Positions 51,137 through 63,097 of a stretch of DNA of 64,000 bases are shown here, piece after piece. Origin of the DNA: Heterodontus francisci. Taxonomy: Eukaryota. The translations under genes were made by a program, and so were the position numbers. Every line of letters begins with the position of its first letter. The first letter of the stretch is position 1. Below the pieces are notes generated by a model. The model saw only the letters and a program-made list of their open reading frames with translations. It searched no databases and was not told the origin of the DNA. Location of the stretch: contig NC_090378.1 of the NCBI RefSeq assembly GCF_036365525.1, forward strand, positions 117,599,593-117,663,592, in the 5' to 3' direction.

Positions 51137-53779
51137 TAACACACCCACACTCAGAATCACACACCTACAGACAGTACTGGGTAACCCACACACACTCAGA
51201 GACACAAACCTACAGACAGGACAGGGTAACCCACACACACTCAGACACACACACCAACAGACAGTACTGGGTAACCCACACACACTCAGACACACACACC
51301 TACAGACAGGACAGGGTAACCCACACACACTCAGACACACACACCTACAGACAGTACTGGGTAACCCACACACACTCAGAGACACACACCTACAGACAGG
51401 ACAGGGTAACCCACACACACTCAGAGACACACACCTACAGACAGGACAGGGTAACCCACACACACTTAGACACACACACCTACAGACAGGACAGGGTAAC
51501 CCACACACACTCAGACACACACACTTACAGACAGTATAGGGTAACCCACACACACTCAGACACACACACCTACAGACAGTACTGGGTTACCCACACACAC
51601 TCAGACACACACATCTACAGACAGTACAGGGTAACCCACACACACTCAGATACACACACCTACAGACAGTACAGGGTAACCCACACACACTCAGACACAC
51701 ATACCTACAGACAGTACTGGGTAACCCACACACACTCAGACACACACACTGACATACAGTACTGGGTAACCCACACACACTCAGACACACACACCTCCAG
51801 ACAATACAGGGTAACCCACACAGACTCAGACACACACACCTACAGACAGTACAGGGTAACCCACACACACTCAGACACACACACCTACAGACAGTACAGG
51901 GTAACCCACACACACACAGACACACACACCTACAGACAGTACTGTGTAACCCACACACACTCAGACACACACACCTCCAGACAATACAGGGTAACCCACA
52001 CACACTCAGACACACACACCTACAGACAGTACAGGGTAACCCACACACATTCAGACACACACACCTACAGACAGTACAGGGTAACCCACACACACACAGA
52101 CACACACACCTACAGACAGTACTGTGTAACCCACACACACTCAGACACACACACCGACAGACAGTACAGGGTAACCCACACACACACAGACACACACACC
52201 TACAGACAGTACTGTGTAACCCACACACACTCAGACACACACACCAACATACAGTACTGGGTAACCCACACATACTCAGACACACACACCTACAGACAGT
52301 ACAGGGTAACCCACACACACACAGACACACACACCGACAGACAGTACAGGGTAACCCACACACACACAGACACACACACCTACAGACAGTACTGTGTAAC
52401 CCACACACACTCAGACACACACACCAACATACAGTACTGGGTAACCCACACATACTCAGACACACACACCTACAGACAGTACAGGGTAACCCACACACAC
52501 TCAGACACACACACCTACAGACAGTACTGGGTAACCCACACACACTCAGAGACACACACCTACAGACAGGACAGGGTAACCCACACACACTCAGAGACAC
52601 ACACCTACAGACAGGACAGGGTAACCCACACACACTTAGACACACACACCTACAGACAGGACAGGGTAACCCACACACACTCAGACACGCACACTTACAG
52701 ACAGTATAGGGTAACCCACACACACTCAGACACACACACCTACAGACAGTACTGGGTTACCCACACACACTCAGACACACACATCTACAGACAGTACAGG
52801 GTAACCCACACACATTCAGACACACACACCTACAGACAGTACAGGGTAACCCACACACACTCAGACACACATACCTACAGACAGTACTGGGTAACCCACA
52901 CACACTCAGACACACACACTGACATACAGTACTGGGTAACCCACACACACTCAGACACACACACCTCCAGACAATACAGGGTAACCCACACACACTCAGA
53001 CACACACACCTACAGACAGTACAGGGTAACCCACACACACTCAGACACACACACCTACAGACAGTACAGGGTAACCCACACACACACAGACACACACACC
53101 TACAGACAGTACTGTGTAACCCACACACACTCAGACACACACACCTCCAGACAATACAGGGTAACCCACACACACTCAGACACACACACCTACAGACAGT
53201 ACAGGGTAACCCACACACACTCAGACACACACACCTACAGACAGTACAGGGTAACCCACACACACACAGACACACACACCTACAGACAGTACTGTGTAAC
53301 CCACACACACTCAGACACACACACCGACAGACAGTACAGGGTAACCCACACACACACAGACACACACACCTACAGACAGTACTGTGTAACCCACACACAC
53401 TCAGACACACACACCAACATACAGTACTGGGTAACCCACACATACTCAGACACACACACCTACAGACAGTACAGGGTAACCCACACACACACAGACACAC
53501 ACACCTACAGACAGTACTGTGTAACCCACACACACTCAGACACACACACCGACAGACAGTACAGGGTAACCCACACACACACAGACACACACACCTACAG
53601 ACAGTACTGTGTAACCCACACACACTCAGACACACACACCAACATACAGTACTGGGTAACCCACACATACTCAGACACACACACCTACAGACAGTACAGG
53701 GTAACCCACACACACGCAGACACACACACCTACAGACAGTATTGGGTAACCCACACACACTCCGAAACACACACCTACA
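51137..53779. repeat. 45-bp minisatellite, right block (CAGACAGTACAGGGTAACCCACACACACTCAGACACACACACCTA)
   Basis: Period 45, with an internal 1170-bp duplication. Confidence 0.97.
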
Positions 53780-54308
53780 GGATGTAAATGTGTTGGAATC
53801 AGTTCAGAGAAGGTTTATTAGACTAATACTTGGAATGTGCAGGTTTTCCTCTGAGGAAAGGTTGGACAGGTTAGGTTTATATCCACTGGAGTTTAGAAGA
53901 GTAAGAGGTGACTTGATGGAGACATATAAGATTCCTGAGGGGTTTTGACAGGGTGGATGTGGAAAGGTTGTTTCTTCTTGTTGAAGAAACTAGAACTTGG
54001 GGTCACTATTTAAAAATAAGGTGTCACCCATTGAATACAGAGTTGAGAATTCTTTTATTTCCAAGGGTCGTGACTCTTTGGAACTCTCTTTCTCAAAAGG
54101 CGATGGAAGCAGAGTCTATAAATATTTTTAAGGCAGAGGTGGATAGATTCTTGATAAGCAAGGGGGTGAAAGGTTATCATGGGTAGGAGGGAATGTGGTG
54201 TTGAGATTACAATCAGATCAGCCATGATCTTATTGAATGGTGGAGCAGGTTCGAGGGGCCGAGTGGCCTACTCCTGCTCCTAATTCATATGTTTGTATTT
54301 ATGTTTGT
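53780..54308 (+). mobile_element. CR1 3' fragment
   Basis: DVNVLESVQRRFIRLI...RGDLMETYKI; tail atgtttgtatttatgttt. Confidence 0.88.
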
Positions 54309-54548
54309 AATCAAATCTTATGCTAATGTGCTATTGATTGAGAGTTCAACCAGCCAATCATTAGAATCACTTGCTGAAATACAGCCAATCAACTGACAGG
54401 AATGTGGGACATTTCCAAAGTACTCCCGAGACATTTACTGAATATTCTTAATGTTTATTACCTTTTACAGATTTACATTTACAGTAAAAAGACTTGAATA
54501 AACAGCTCAGTGAGAGGAAGCTGGAGAAATTCACAGGGAGAATGAAGG

Positions 54549-54554
54549 TTTATT
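54549..54554 (-). terminator. Candidate polyadenylation signal (AATAAA) of the IgK transcript
   Basis: First AATAAA I find on the minus strand downstream of the C stop (about 500 nt); a second lies at 54454-54459. Confidence 0.6.
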
Positions 54555-54748
54555 AAAACAGTTGTGGAGATTTTCTCAATAACATGAGAATCCTGTCGCT
54601 TTAAACAGAGACTAAACTTTAAATTGTAACTGCAGGGTGAGCAGGAAGGAGGTCTGGTTTACTGAAGCAGCGACTTCTGAGGTTCACATTATTTTAGCTC
54701 AGCTGACAGTCTTCAGCATCTTAGAGAGGTTTTACTTGGCATCACGAG

Positions 54749-54894
54749 TCTACATTGTCCAATCAAACACTCCCAGGGCAGGTACAGTACGGGTTAGATA
54801 CAGAGTAAAGCCCCCTCTACACTGTCCAATCAAACACTCCCAGGGCAGGTACAGTACGGGTTAGATACAGAGTAAAGCCCCCTCTACACTGTCC
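54749..54894. repeat. Two-copy 67-bp tandem repeat in the predicted IgK 3' UTR
   Basis: aatcaaacactcccagggcaggtacagtacgggttagatacagagtaaagccccctctacactgtcc starts at 54761 and 54828. Confidence 0.92.
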
Positions 54895-55051
54895 CAATTT
54901 AGTGCCTTAACCCCTGATCCTCAGAGGTGTCTCAGACCCAGTCACGAGAAGGAAGAGAGTTGAAATTCCGTGCTGACAATGACCTTTATCCTCCCAGCTC
55001 ACCCCTGTTATATTTAAAGTTGTGTCTCCTCTGCGGACTGTCTCTAACATT

Positions 55052-55380
55052 CTACACACATTCTGATCTGCTCACACTCTTACTGAGGGGAGAGGACAGG
55101 GTCTCGTGGGTGAGGGCACAGGAGAAGCGGGCGTTGGACTCCCAGTCAGAGCCAGAGAGGGTCAGCAGGCTGCTGACACTGTAGGTGCTGTCCGAAGCTC
55201 GCAGGTAATTGCTGGTCTGAACTCCGGCCGAAATGGCTGCACCGTCCTTCTTCCACTCCACCCCCACTTCATCGGGATAGAAGTGATCGGCAAGGCACAC
55301 CAGGGTGGCAGTGCCCTTGGCCTTGACCTCCTCCGGCGAGGGGGGCATCAGGGTCAGTGTGGGTTGAGACTTCTCTCGGC
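55052..55380 (-). CDS. IGKC: Immunoglobulin light chain kappa (shark type III/NS4-class) constant-region exon, intact
   Basis: Acceptor ttctcttctctttcag at 55381. Reads (S)REKSQPTLTLMPPSPEEVKAKGTATLVCLADHFYPDEVGVEWKKDG...DSTYSVSSLLTLSGSDWESNARFSCALTHETLSSPLSKSVSRSECV*. C1-set Cys/Trp/Cys, FYP motif and penultimate interchain Cys are present. Phase-1 junction matches the J. Confidence 0.96.
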
Positions 55381-55414
55381 CTGAAAGAGAAGAGAAAAAC
55401 TGTTAATCACTGCA

Positions 55415-55650
55415 TGTTTGTGTATTTCTGTGTTCTATTTGTATATTTTTTGCTCTCTGTATATATTTGTGTGTTTTATGTATATATTTGTGTCTTTTGT
55501 CGGTATATTTGTGTGTCCTCTGTATATATTTGTGTGTTTTATGTATTTATTTGTGTGTTCTGTCTGTACATTTGTGTATTCTCTGTGTATATTTGTGTGT
55601 TCTATGTGTATATTTATGTGTATGTTTCTGTGGGTGTTTCTGTGTTTGGA
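55415..55650. repeat. Degenerate 21-bp TG/TA-rich minisatellite next to the C-exon acceptor
   Basis: (tgtatatatttgtgtgttttc/a)n; 7-aa periodicity in spurious ORFs. Confidence 0.85.
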
Positions 55651-55841
55651 TATGTCACATCAGATAACAGACAGCTGAGTTAATGAACTACGGCTGGTGT
55701 TGAATCGTTAGAAATGAGCACCATCACTTCTTAATTTGCCTCGCTTGCTAGGTTTAGTCTAAAATACAAAGACAGTGGATGGTTTGATGTTCAACTGGTT
55801 AAATTGTGTTCGACTGCTCTTGGAAGTATGATATGGTAGTT

Positions 55842-56685
55842 TTTTTTATTCATTCATGGGATGTGGGCGTCGCTGGCCAGGCCAGCATTTATTGCCCATC
55901 ACTAATAGCTCTTGAGAAGGTGGTGGTGAGCTGCCTTCTTGAACTGCTGCAGTCCATGTGGGGTAGGTACACCCACAGTGCTGTTAGGCAGGGAGTTCCA
56001 GGATTTTGACCCAGTGACAGTGAAGGAACGGCGATATAGTTCCAAGTCAGGATGGTGTGTGGCTTGGAGGAGAACTTGCAGGTGGTGGTGTTCCCATGCA
56101 ACTGCTGGCCTTTCCTCCTAGGTGGCCAGCCTTTGACCTGCTCTTGTAGCCACAGTATTTACAGGGCTACTGCAGTTCAGGTTCTGGTCAATGGTAACCC
56201 TCAGGATGTTGATAGTGGGGGATTCAGCGATCGTAATGCCATTGAATGTCAAGGGGAGATGGTTAGATTCTTTCTTATTTGAGATAGTCATTGCCTTTCA
56301 CTTGTGTGACGCGAATGTTACTTGTTACTTATCAGCCCAAGCGTGGACAGTGTCCAGGTTTTGCTGCATTTCTAGATAGTCTGTTTCCGTTTCTGTGGAT
56401 TCGCGAATGGTGCTGAAGGATGTGCAATCATCAGCGAACATCCCCTCTTCTGACCTTATGGTGGAGGGAAGGTCATTGATGAAGCAGCTGAAGATGGTTG
56501 GGCCTAGGACACTATGCTGAGGAACTCCTGCAGTGACGTCCTGGAGCTGAGATGATTGACCTCCAACAACCACAGCTATCTTCCTTTGTGCTAGGTATGA
56601 CTCCAAACAGTCGAGAGATTTCCCCCTGATTCACACTGACTCTAGTTTTGCTCGGGCTCCTTGATTCCAGACTCAAATGCTGCCT
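55842..56685 (-). mobile_element. CR1/L2-group LINE fragment of the second family (RT core and 3' end)
   Basis: ESYLAQRK...AGVPQHSVLGPTIFSCFINDLP...MFADDC. Confidence 0.82.
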
Positions 56686-56689
56686 TGAT

Positions 56690-59600
56690 GACAGTTATTA
56701 CTGAAATGAGTCTGAAAGAAGGGCAGGAATGGCAGCTCAATATTCCTGATACTGAGTTTCCCAACGGGATAGAGAGGGAGAGAAAAAAGGAGAAGGGTTT
56801 CACAATATTAGTCAAAAGAAAAAATCGCAGCTGTGAGGAGGGATGATATTCAAGCAGGATCATCGAATGAGGACATCTGAATGAACGTAGGAACAAAAAA
56901 GGGGCAATCACATTGCTGCACTATATACAGACCAGGGGTCGGTAACCTTTATTACCTGAAGAGACTGTTTTCAAAAATATTACCTAAAATAAAAACTACT
57001 GGCAGTGTCAAGACCAAAATTCAGCATTTCTAAACCAAATACCTTCTAAATTGCCAAGTGTCTCTGGTAGAATGCACACTTTGTATATATAATAAATAAA
57101 ATACATGTATTGAATTTATGTATCAATAGAAAAAAAGTCAAAATCAGAATAGGTTTCACTCTGAATTATTGCATTTTTTTGACTTGTTTTTGTATAATTT
57201 TGTCAGTAAAGTCAAAATTTAAAAAAAAAATTTAAATTCAGATGTGCAGAATTAAGACAATTTTTTCAGCTATTGATTCTCGTAATAAAAAAGAAGTTTC
57301 TAATAGCAGAATAATTTATCATCTCAGTGATATTAGAAACAATAATGGTCACAAACATAAAAACTGTTCCTCCAATGGAAGCTGTACCACTCAAACAAGT
57401 TCATTTAGACAATGATGATGCTTTTCATTTAAATAATCATTTGAAACTATAAAGTACAACATAATGATTAGCCTTTTATCCCCACAATAAAAACACAGTT
57501 TACTTTCCTTGACTGAATTTTTTCGGCCTTTTTCATGTTAATGTGATCCAACTGGAAAAGGTTGGCAGCTGTAAATGAGCTGTTAAAGAGTCACATGTGG
57601 CTCCGGAGCCGCAGGTTCCAGACTCCTGCTATAGACCCTCAAACAGTCAGAGGGAGAGAGAAGAGCAAATGTGACGGCAAATTACTGAAAAGTGCAGAAA
57701 CAACAGGCCAGTAATAGGAGGGGATTTCAACTTTCCAAATATTAACTGGGATAAATTCAGTATAAAAGGTACAGAGGGCGCAGAATTCCTAAAATACATT
57801 CGGGAGAACTTTTCTCATCAGTAGAAAGACCAACAAGAGAAGATACAGTTCTGGACTTAGTTTTCAGGAATGAATCTGGGCAGGTGGAAGGGGATCAATG
57901 TGAGAGTGTTTTAGTGGCAGTGATTATAATTCAGTTAGATTTAGAGCAGTTATAGAAAAGGATAAAGATGGACCAAGAGTAAAGGTTTTAAACTGGGGAA
58001 AGGCCAATTTTACTAAGCTGAGATGTGATTTGTCAGAATTAGACTGGAAACAGCTACTTGAAGGTAAATCAGTGTCAGAGCAGTGGGAGGCATTCAAGGA
58101 GGAGATAGTGAGGGCTCAGAACAAACATGTTCCCACAAAAGAAAAAGGGTGAGACTCCCAAATCTCCATTTACCGCAGATGGTAAAGAGCATACACAGTA
58201 GGATAAGGTACAAAAGGGAAACTTATATTGGATACTGAGATCTTGATACTGCAGAAAACCTGGAGAAGTGTAGAGAGTTCAGGGGTGAAATTGAAAAGGA
58301 AATTAGGGAAACAAAGAGAGGACATGAAAAAATATGAGCTAGTAAAATCAAGGAAAACCCAAAGATGTTTAATAAATACATAAAGAGCCGGAGAATCACT
58401 AAGAAAAGAGCGGGGTAAATTGGAGTCCAAAAACCTAACCTGTGTGTGGAGGCGGAGGATGTGGACATGTTTCTGAATGAATACTTTGTGCCTTTTTTCA
58501 CAGAGAGTGACAAAGCAGACATTGTAGTGAAGGAGGAGGAGTGTGAAATCTTGGATGGGATAAACTTAGTGAGGGAGGAAATATTAAGGTGTTTCACATC
58601 CTTGAAAATGGATAAATCACCAGGCCCAGGTGAAATGTATCCCAGGCTGCAAAGGAAGCAATGGAAGAAATAGCGGAGGCTCTGATCCTCATTTTCCAAT
58701 TCTCTCTGGTTAAAGGCATGGTACCTGAGGACTGGAGGACTGCTAATGTTCTACTGTTGTTTAAAAAGGAAAGAATGGATGGACCAAGTAATTACAGATC
58801 AGTCAGCATAACCTCGGCAGTGGGAAAATTATTGGAAAAAGTTCTGAGAGACAGTAAAAACCATCATTTAGAGAAGCACGGGATTAATTCAGGACAGTCA
58901 GCATGGATTTGTTAAGGGAAGTTTGTGTCTGACTAACGATTACATTTCATGAGGAGGTTACAAGGAGTGTCAAAGTGGGCGTCATGTTTGAAAGAGTCTA
59001 CATGGATTTTAGCAAGGCCTTTGATAAGATCCCACATGGCAGACTGGTCAGAAAATTAAAAGCCCATGGGATCCAAGGAAAAGTGGGAAATTGGATCAAA
59101 AATTGAGTCAGTGACAGGAAGCAAAGTTTTATTGTCAACGGGTGTTTTTGTGAGTGGAAAGCTGTTTTCAGTGGGGTTCTGCAGGGCTCAGTACTGGGTC
59201 CACTGCTGATTATAGTATCTTTCAATGATTTAGATTTAAATGGAAGGGGTATTAAGAAGTTTGCAGATGATACAAAAATAGGCCTTGCGGTTGATAATGA
59301 GGAAAAAGGCTGTAGACTGCAGGAAGATATCAATGGACTGGTCAGGTGAGCAGAAAAATAGCAAATGGAATTCAGTCCAGAGAAATGTGAGGTAATGCAT
59401 TTGGGGAGGACAAACGAGGCAAAGGAATATCCAATAAATGGGATGATACTGAGAAGTGTAGAGGAACTGAGGGACCTTGGAGTTCATGTCCACAGATCCC
59501 TGAAGGTAGCAGGACAGCTCGATAAGGTGGTTAAGAAGGCTTACGGGATGCTTGCCCTTATTCGCTGAGGCCTGGAGTATAAGGGTAAGGAGGTTATGCC

Positions 59601-60185
59601 AGAACTGTAGAAAACACTAGTTAGACCACAGCTAGAAAACTGTGTACAGTTCTGGTTACCACATTACAGGAAGGATGTGATCAAACAAGAGGGGGTACAG
59701 AGGAGATTTACGAGGATGTTACCAGGAATGGAGAATTTTACCTATGAGGAAAGATAGGATCGGCTGGGATTGTTATCTCTGGAACAGAGGAGACTGAGGG
59801 GAGATTTAATTGAGGTGTATAAAATTATGAGGGGCCTAGATAGAGTGGATAGGAAGGACCTACTTCCCGCAGCAGAGAGGTCAATAACCCAGCGGCATAG
59901 ATTTAAATTAATTGGTGGAAGGATGAGAGGTGAATTGAGGAGTAATATTTTCACCCAGAGGGTGTTGGGGGTCTGGAACTCACTGCCTGAAAGGGTGGTA
60001 GAGGCAGAAACTCTCATCACATTGAAAAAACACTTGGATATGCACTTGAGGTGCCGAAACCTACAGGGATATGGGAATAAGAGCTGGAAAGTGGGATTAG
60101 GTTTGTTAACTCATTTTCAGCTGGCATGGACACCATGGGCCGAATGGCCTCATCTGCATTGTAAATCTTTCTATGTTTCTCTGTT
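56690..60185 (+). mobile_element. Degenerate CR1 ORF2 (APE and RT) in the J-C intron, antisense to IgK
   Basis: VITE.SLKEGQEWQLNIP, GGDFNFPNINW, KSPGPGEMYPRL, KFADDTK, FTQRVLGVWNSLP; tail tttctatgtttctctg. Confidence 0.9.
56933..57628. mobile_element. hAT (Charlie/Buster-like) non-autonomous element, 696 bp, nested in CR1
   Basis: TIR CAGGGGTCGGTAACCT / AGGTTCCAGACTCCTG (13/16 match). 8-bp TSD ATACAGAC/CTATAGAC; the empty site ctatagac is seen in the CR1 copy at 26103-26110. AT-rich interior. Confidence 0.88.
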
Positions 60186-60619
60186 TAAACGTCTCTAATG
60201 AAGGTTTATCACCAATTCAGCACTGAAATGGTTAATAGTAAGAGTGTTTAAAGACTCAGTGTCCCTTTAAGACACTGTTAACCTGACAGGAAGCTCGAAC
60301 TATAGATCAGTCTATCTGGAGGAAACAGGCTCAGTGTTAACAAATCTCAGATCACACCCACATCCGGAGAACTTTCTCCGAGAACACTGGAGCAGACTTG
60401 TATCAACACATGTCAGAAAGGATTCATGTTGGGTGTCGGTGTAGAAGGTTTTAGATTTCATTTAAAACCTTCTTGTCCAACACTGGGGTGAGGTCAAGGG
60501 TGAGGTTATAATCAGTCTCAGTGTACTGGGGTCAGGCAGAGTCACTGCTCCAAATGATCCCATGACGCCTGGAAGGTGAGAGTGTGCGCGAGGGTCAGGA
60601 TCAGGAGCCTCCAAACTCA

Positions 60620-61003
60620 AAGAAAGACTTGCATTTCTATAGTGCCTGTCACTACCTCAGGATGTCCCAAAGTGTTTTACGGCCAATTGTGCACAGCAAG
60701 ATCCCAGACAGCTGAGTGATAATGAGCAGATCATCTGATTTTCAGTGCCGTTGGTTGAGTGATAAACATTGTCCAGAACACCGAGGAGAATTCCCCTGCT
60801 CTTCTAATAGCGCAGTGGGATCCTTTACATCCACCTGAGAGGGCAGACGTCAGTTTGTCTCAACTGAAAGACAGCACCTCTGACAATGCAGCACTCCCTC
60901 AATACTGCACTGCAGTGTCAGCCTGGATTATGTGCTCCAGCCTCTGGAGTGGGACCTGAAGCCACGACATTCTGACTCAGAGGTGAGAGTGCTACCCACT
61001 GAG
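60620..61003 (-). mobile_element. tRNA-derived SINE (SacSINE1/DeuSINE-like)
   Basis: tRNA-like head at the right end (gagtgggacctgaagccacgacattctgactcagaggtgagagtgctacccactgag). Tail aaagaaagacttgcattt is shared with 61413. Family name from recall. Confidence 0.7.
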
Positions 61004-61412
61004 ACAACACTAAAACCTCACAGTCGAATAGCCTGCCATTCTCAACCTCCCGGCTCACACTTGGAGGAATGAGGCCACTTGGGGAGGGTGGAGCTGTGCC
61101 CCAGCCAGAGATAGTGCCTTCAGGAGAGAGATGGAGAGCAGATTGCGGGAGACCTGTAGTCTAGAGGGGTGACATTTAACCAGTCGATGGCAGGTGCTGA
61201 GCCCTTTCCCCGTAAGTATTATGTAAGTCGATGGGGAAAGTGGGAGGGGCACTAGAGTAACACCTTTGTTGCTGCTGAAACTCTTGCTATCTGCTCAGTC
61301 ATGTCTAATAAACACACAGACAAATCAGACAAACATTAGTCGGTTTTATGTGGATTTTCTGCTGGGTTCAGCTTTAATCAACAGGGTATTGTGGGAGCTC
61401 CCGGTTAATAAA

Positions 61413-61619
61413 AAGAAAAGAAAGACTTGTATTTATGTCGGGTATTTCACACCTCAGGACCTCCCAAAGTCATTTACAGACAATGAAGGACTTGTTTAAA
61501 GAGCAGTCACTGTTTGAATGCAGGAAATGTGGCAGACAATTTGTGCACAGCAAGATCCCACAAACAGCAATGAGGTAAATGAACATTTTCAGTGACATCG
61601 GTTCAGAGATAAATATCAG
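61413..61619 (-). mobile_element. 3' part of the same SINE family, interrupted by the LTR
   Basis: Homologous to 60620-60770 (aagacttg.attt, cctcagga..tcccaaag, ttgtgcacagcaagatccca). Confidence 0.7.
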
Positions 61620-62525
61620 TGTCATGCAGGCCCCCACCTGCCAAGAATGAGGCACATTAATTTCACCATATGAACACTGCTTTTTAACCTGTTGCTGGAG
61701 TAAAGAAATAACTTGTTTTTAAAAAACAACACCAGGCCCTTGACTGGAAAGACATTGGCATAATAACAGACAGAACTTGGAAGGGACAAAAGACCATTTC
61801 CTGACAAATTCAATCCACAATGGACTTTTGATTACCAGACATTGAGGATGGAGGAGCTCCCATTCCAGCTTGACTGCTAAGATGGCCGACTACACCATCG
61901 GACATGGCCAGACCAGTTTAGTCACATGACTAACTGGCTGTTGTAGTTTTTTGAATTTGAACTTGCCACAGAGAATTTGAACTCAGAAAGCTGTTTGCTC
62001 CTGGACTGAAAAGACTTTTCATGGCTGGCTTGCCACTGTCTCTCTCCCATTGGCTTTCATCTCTCTGACCAGCTTCAGGAATCATTGAAGACATATGAAC
62101 CGCAAGAGGGAAAAGTCTCCCACAGTGAACAAGGTTTAAGAAGAATACTGGGCCCCAATGAAAAGCAACACCTACCGACAAGCAAGGACTACAGTGAGCT
62201 CGAAGCACAGTAACAAAAACTCTCTTCAGAGATTGCCTCAAACCTCTGCACTTTATTTTTCTTCTGCTCTTTTCTGTCTCTATTTGCATGTGTGTATCGC
62301 ATATGCATGCTAGCATGGGGCATGGCGTGTATCCGTACGCGTTAACTGAATTAGAGTTTTAGTTTAAGTTTTAATAAATTTCACCTTTCTTCTTTAAACC
62401 TAAGAAAACCTGTTTGTGCTCATTTCTTTGCCTCACACAGTGTGTTTCAAATTAAATCTTGTTACAGTAAGACCAGGTGAAGGCTGTGAAAGACCCCTAG
62501 AGACTTTCATCACCTGGTCAGAACA
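61620..62525 (+). mobile_element. Solo LTR, about 906 bp
   Basis: TGTCA...GAACA termini, imperfect 5-bp TSD ATCAG/ATCGA, AATAAA at 62373-62378; it interrupts a SINE. Confidence 0.7.
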
Positions 62526-63062
62526 ATCGACCTGAACTTGACCCAAAGACAAAGCAACTGAGAGTCTCCCCAAAACCCTGGAACACTGAAGCCACTGGAT
62601 TGGGAGCCCTGCTGTCGCTGTTTGTCATCAGAACTTTGACAAGAGATAAGCAGGGAGTGGACAGAGCAGAGTTAAAGCTGGGGGAGGTGGGACCTTGGTG
62701 TCTCACTGTGCTGGTGCTGAGATCAGTTCTATCAGAGACTGTGACAGAGACCCAGAGCTCACACTGAGACTGGCAGGAGTCTAGTGAGGGATTTCACTCC
62801 ATGGAGCAGGAATGTGACCACAGTCTGCAAACGTCCAGATCTCCTCTACACACTCGGTAAAAGTTGGTTACTTATATCTTGCTGGTTAAAGGGGGAATGT
62901 AACTAAAGAAATACAGCTGGGCACCCTGTTATACACAGTGCTCTTCAATGAACCATTTCATTGACTGCAGCTCCTTACTAACACCTTCCACTATTCAGCA
63001 TTTGTGTTTTCGAAAGTTTCAGTATTTAAAGGATTAATAACGGAGGATTGAGGTTTACTTAC

Positions 63063-63097
63063 TCAGTCTGAGCTTGGTTCCTTTACCGAACGTAAAC
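63063..63097 (-). CDS. IGKJ: Immunoglobulin kappa J segment, unrearranged (FTFGKGTKLRL-S)
   Basis: G TTT ACG TTC GGT AAA GGA ACC AAG CTC AGA CTG A then GTAAGT. FGxGTKL motif, phase-1 donor at 63062-63057, and an abutting RSS. Confidence 0.96.

Noticed and set aside
48802-53770. Cys-rich keratin-associated- or metallothionein-like ORFs
   Set aside because: They are translations of the TG-rich strand of the 45-bp minisatellite.
9224-53779. Cryptic RSS arrays in the 36-mer (CACAATC-23-ACACTTCAC) and 45-mer (CACACTC-12-ACACACCTA)
   Set aside because: The nonamers match consensus at only 4/9 and lack the A-tract; this is expected by chance in CA-rich repeats.
55052-55380. Alternative identity as TCR-beta or lambda/sigma constant exon
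   Set aside because: It is a single exon ending in ECV-stop with no connecting-peptide or TM exons, and J carries a 23-RSS; TCR-beta and lambda J segments use 12-RSS. Separation from the sigma types rests on my recall of the C sequence.
55357-55683. Hydrophobic membrane-protein-like ORFs, or a possible TM exon near C
   Set aside because: They derive from a 21-bp TG/TA repeat on the strand opposite to IgK; light chains have no TM exon.
62206-62221. CACAGTA directly followed by ACAAAAACT (heptamer- and nonamer-like)
   Set aside because: The spacer is zero, it lies inside an LTR and there is no adjacent coding segment.
62934-62940. Perfect CACAGTG near J, suggesting a second J
   Set aside because: There is no nonamer at 12 or 23 bp and no FGxG motif next to it; the same applies to CACAGTG at 63321-63327.
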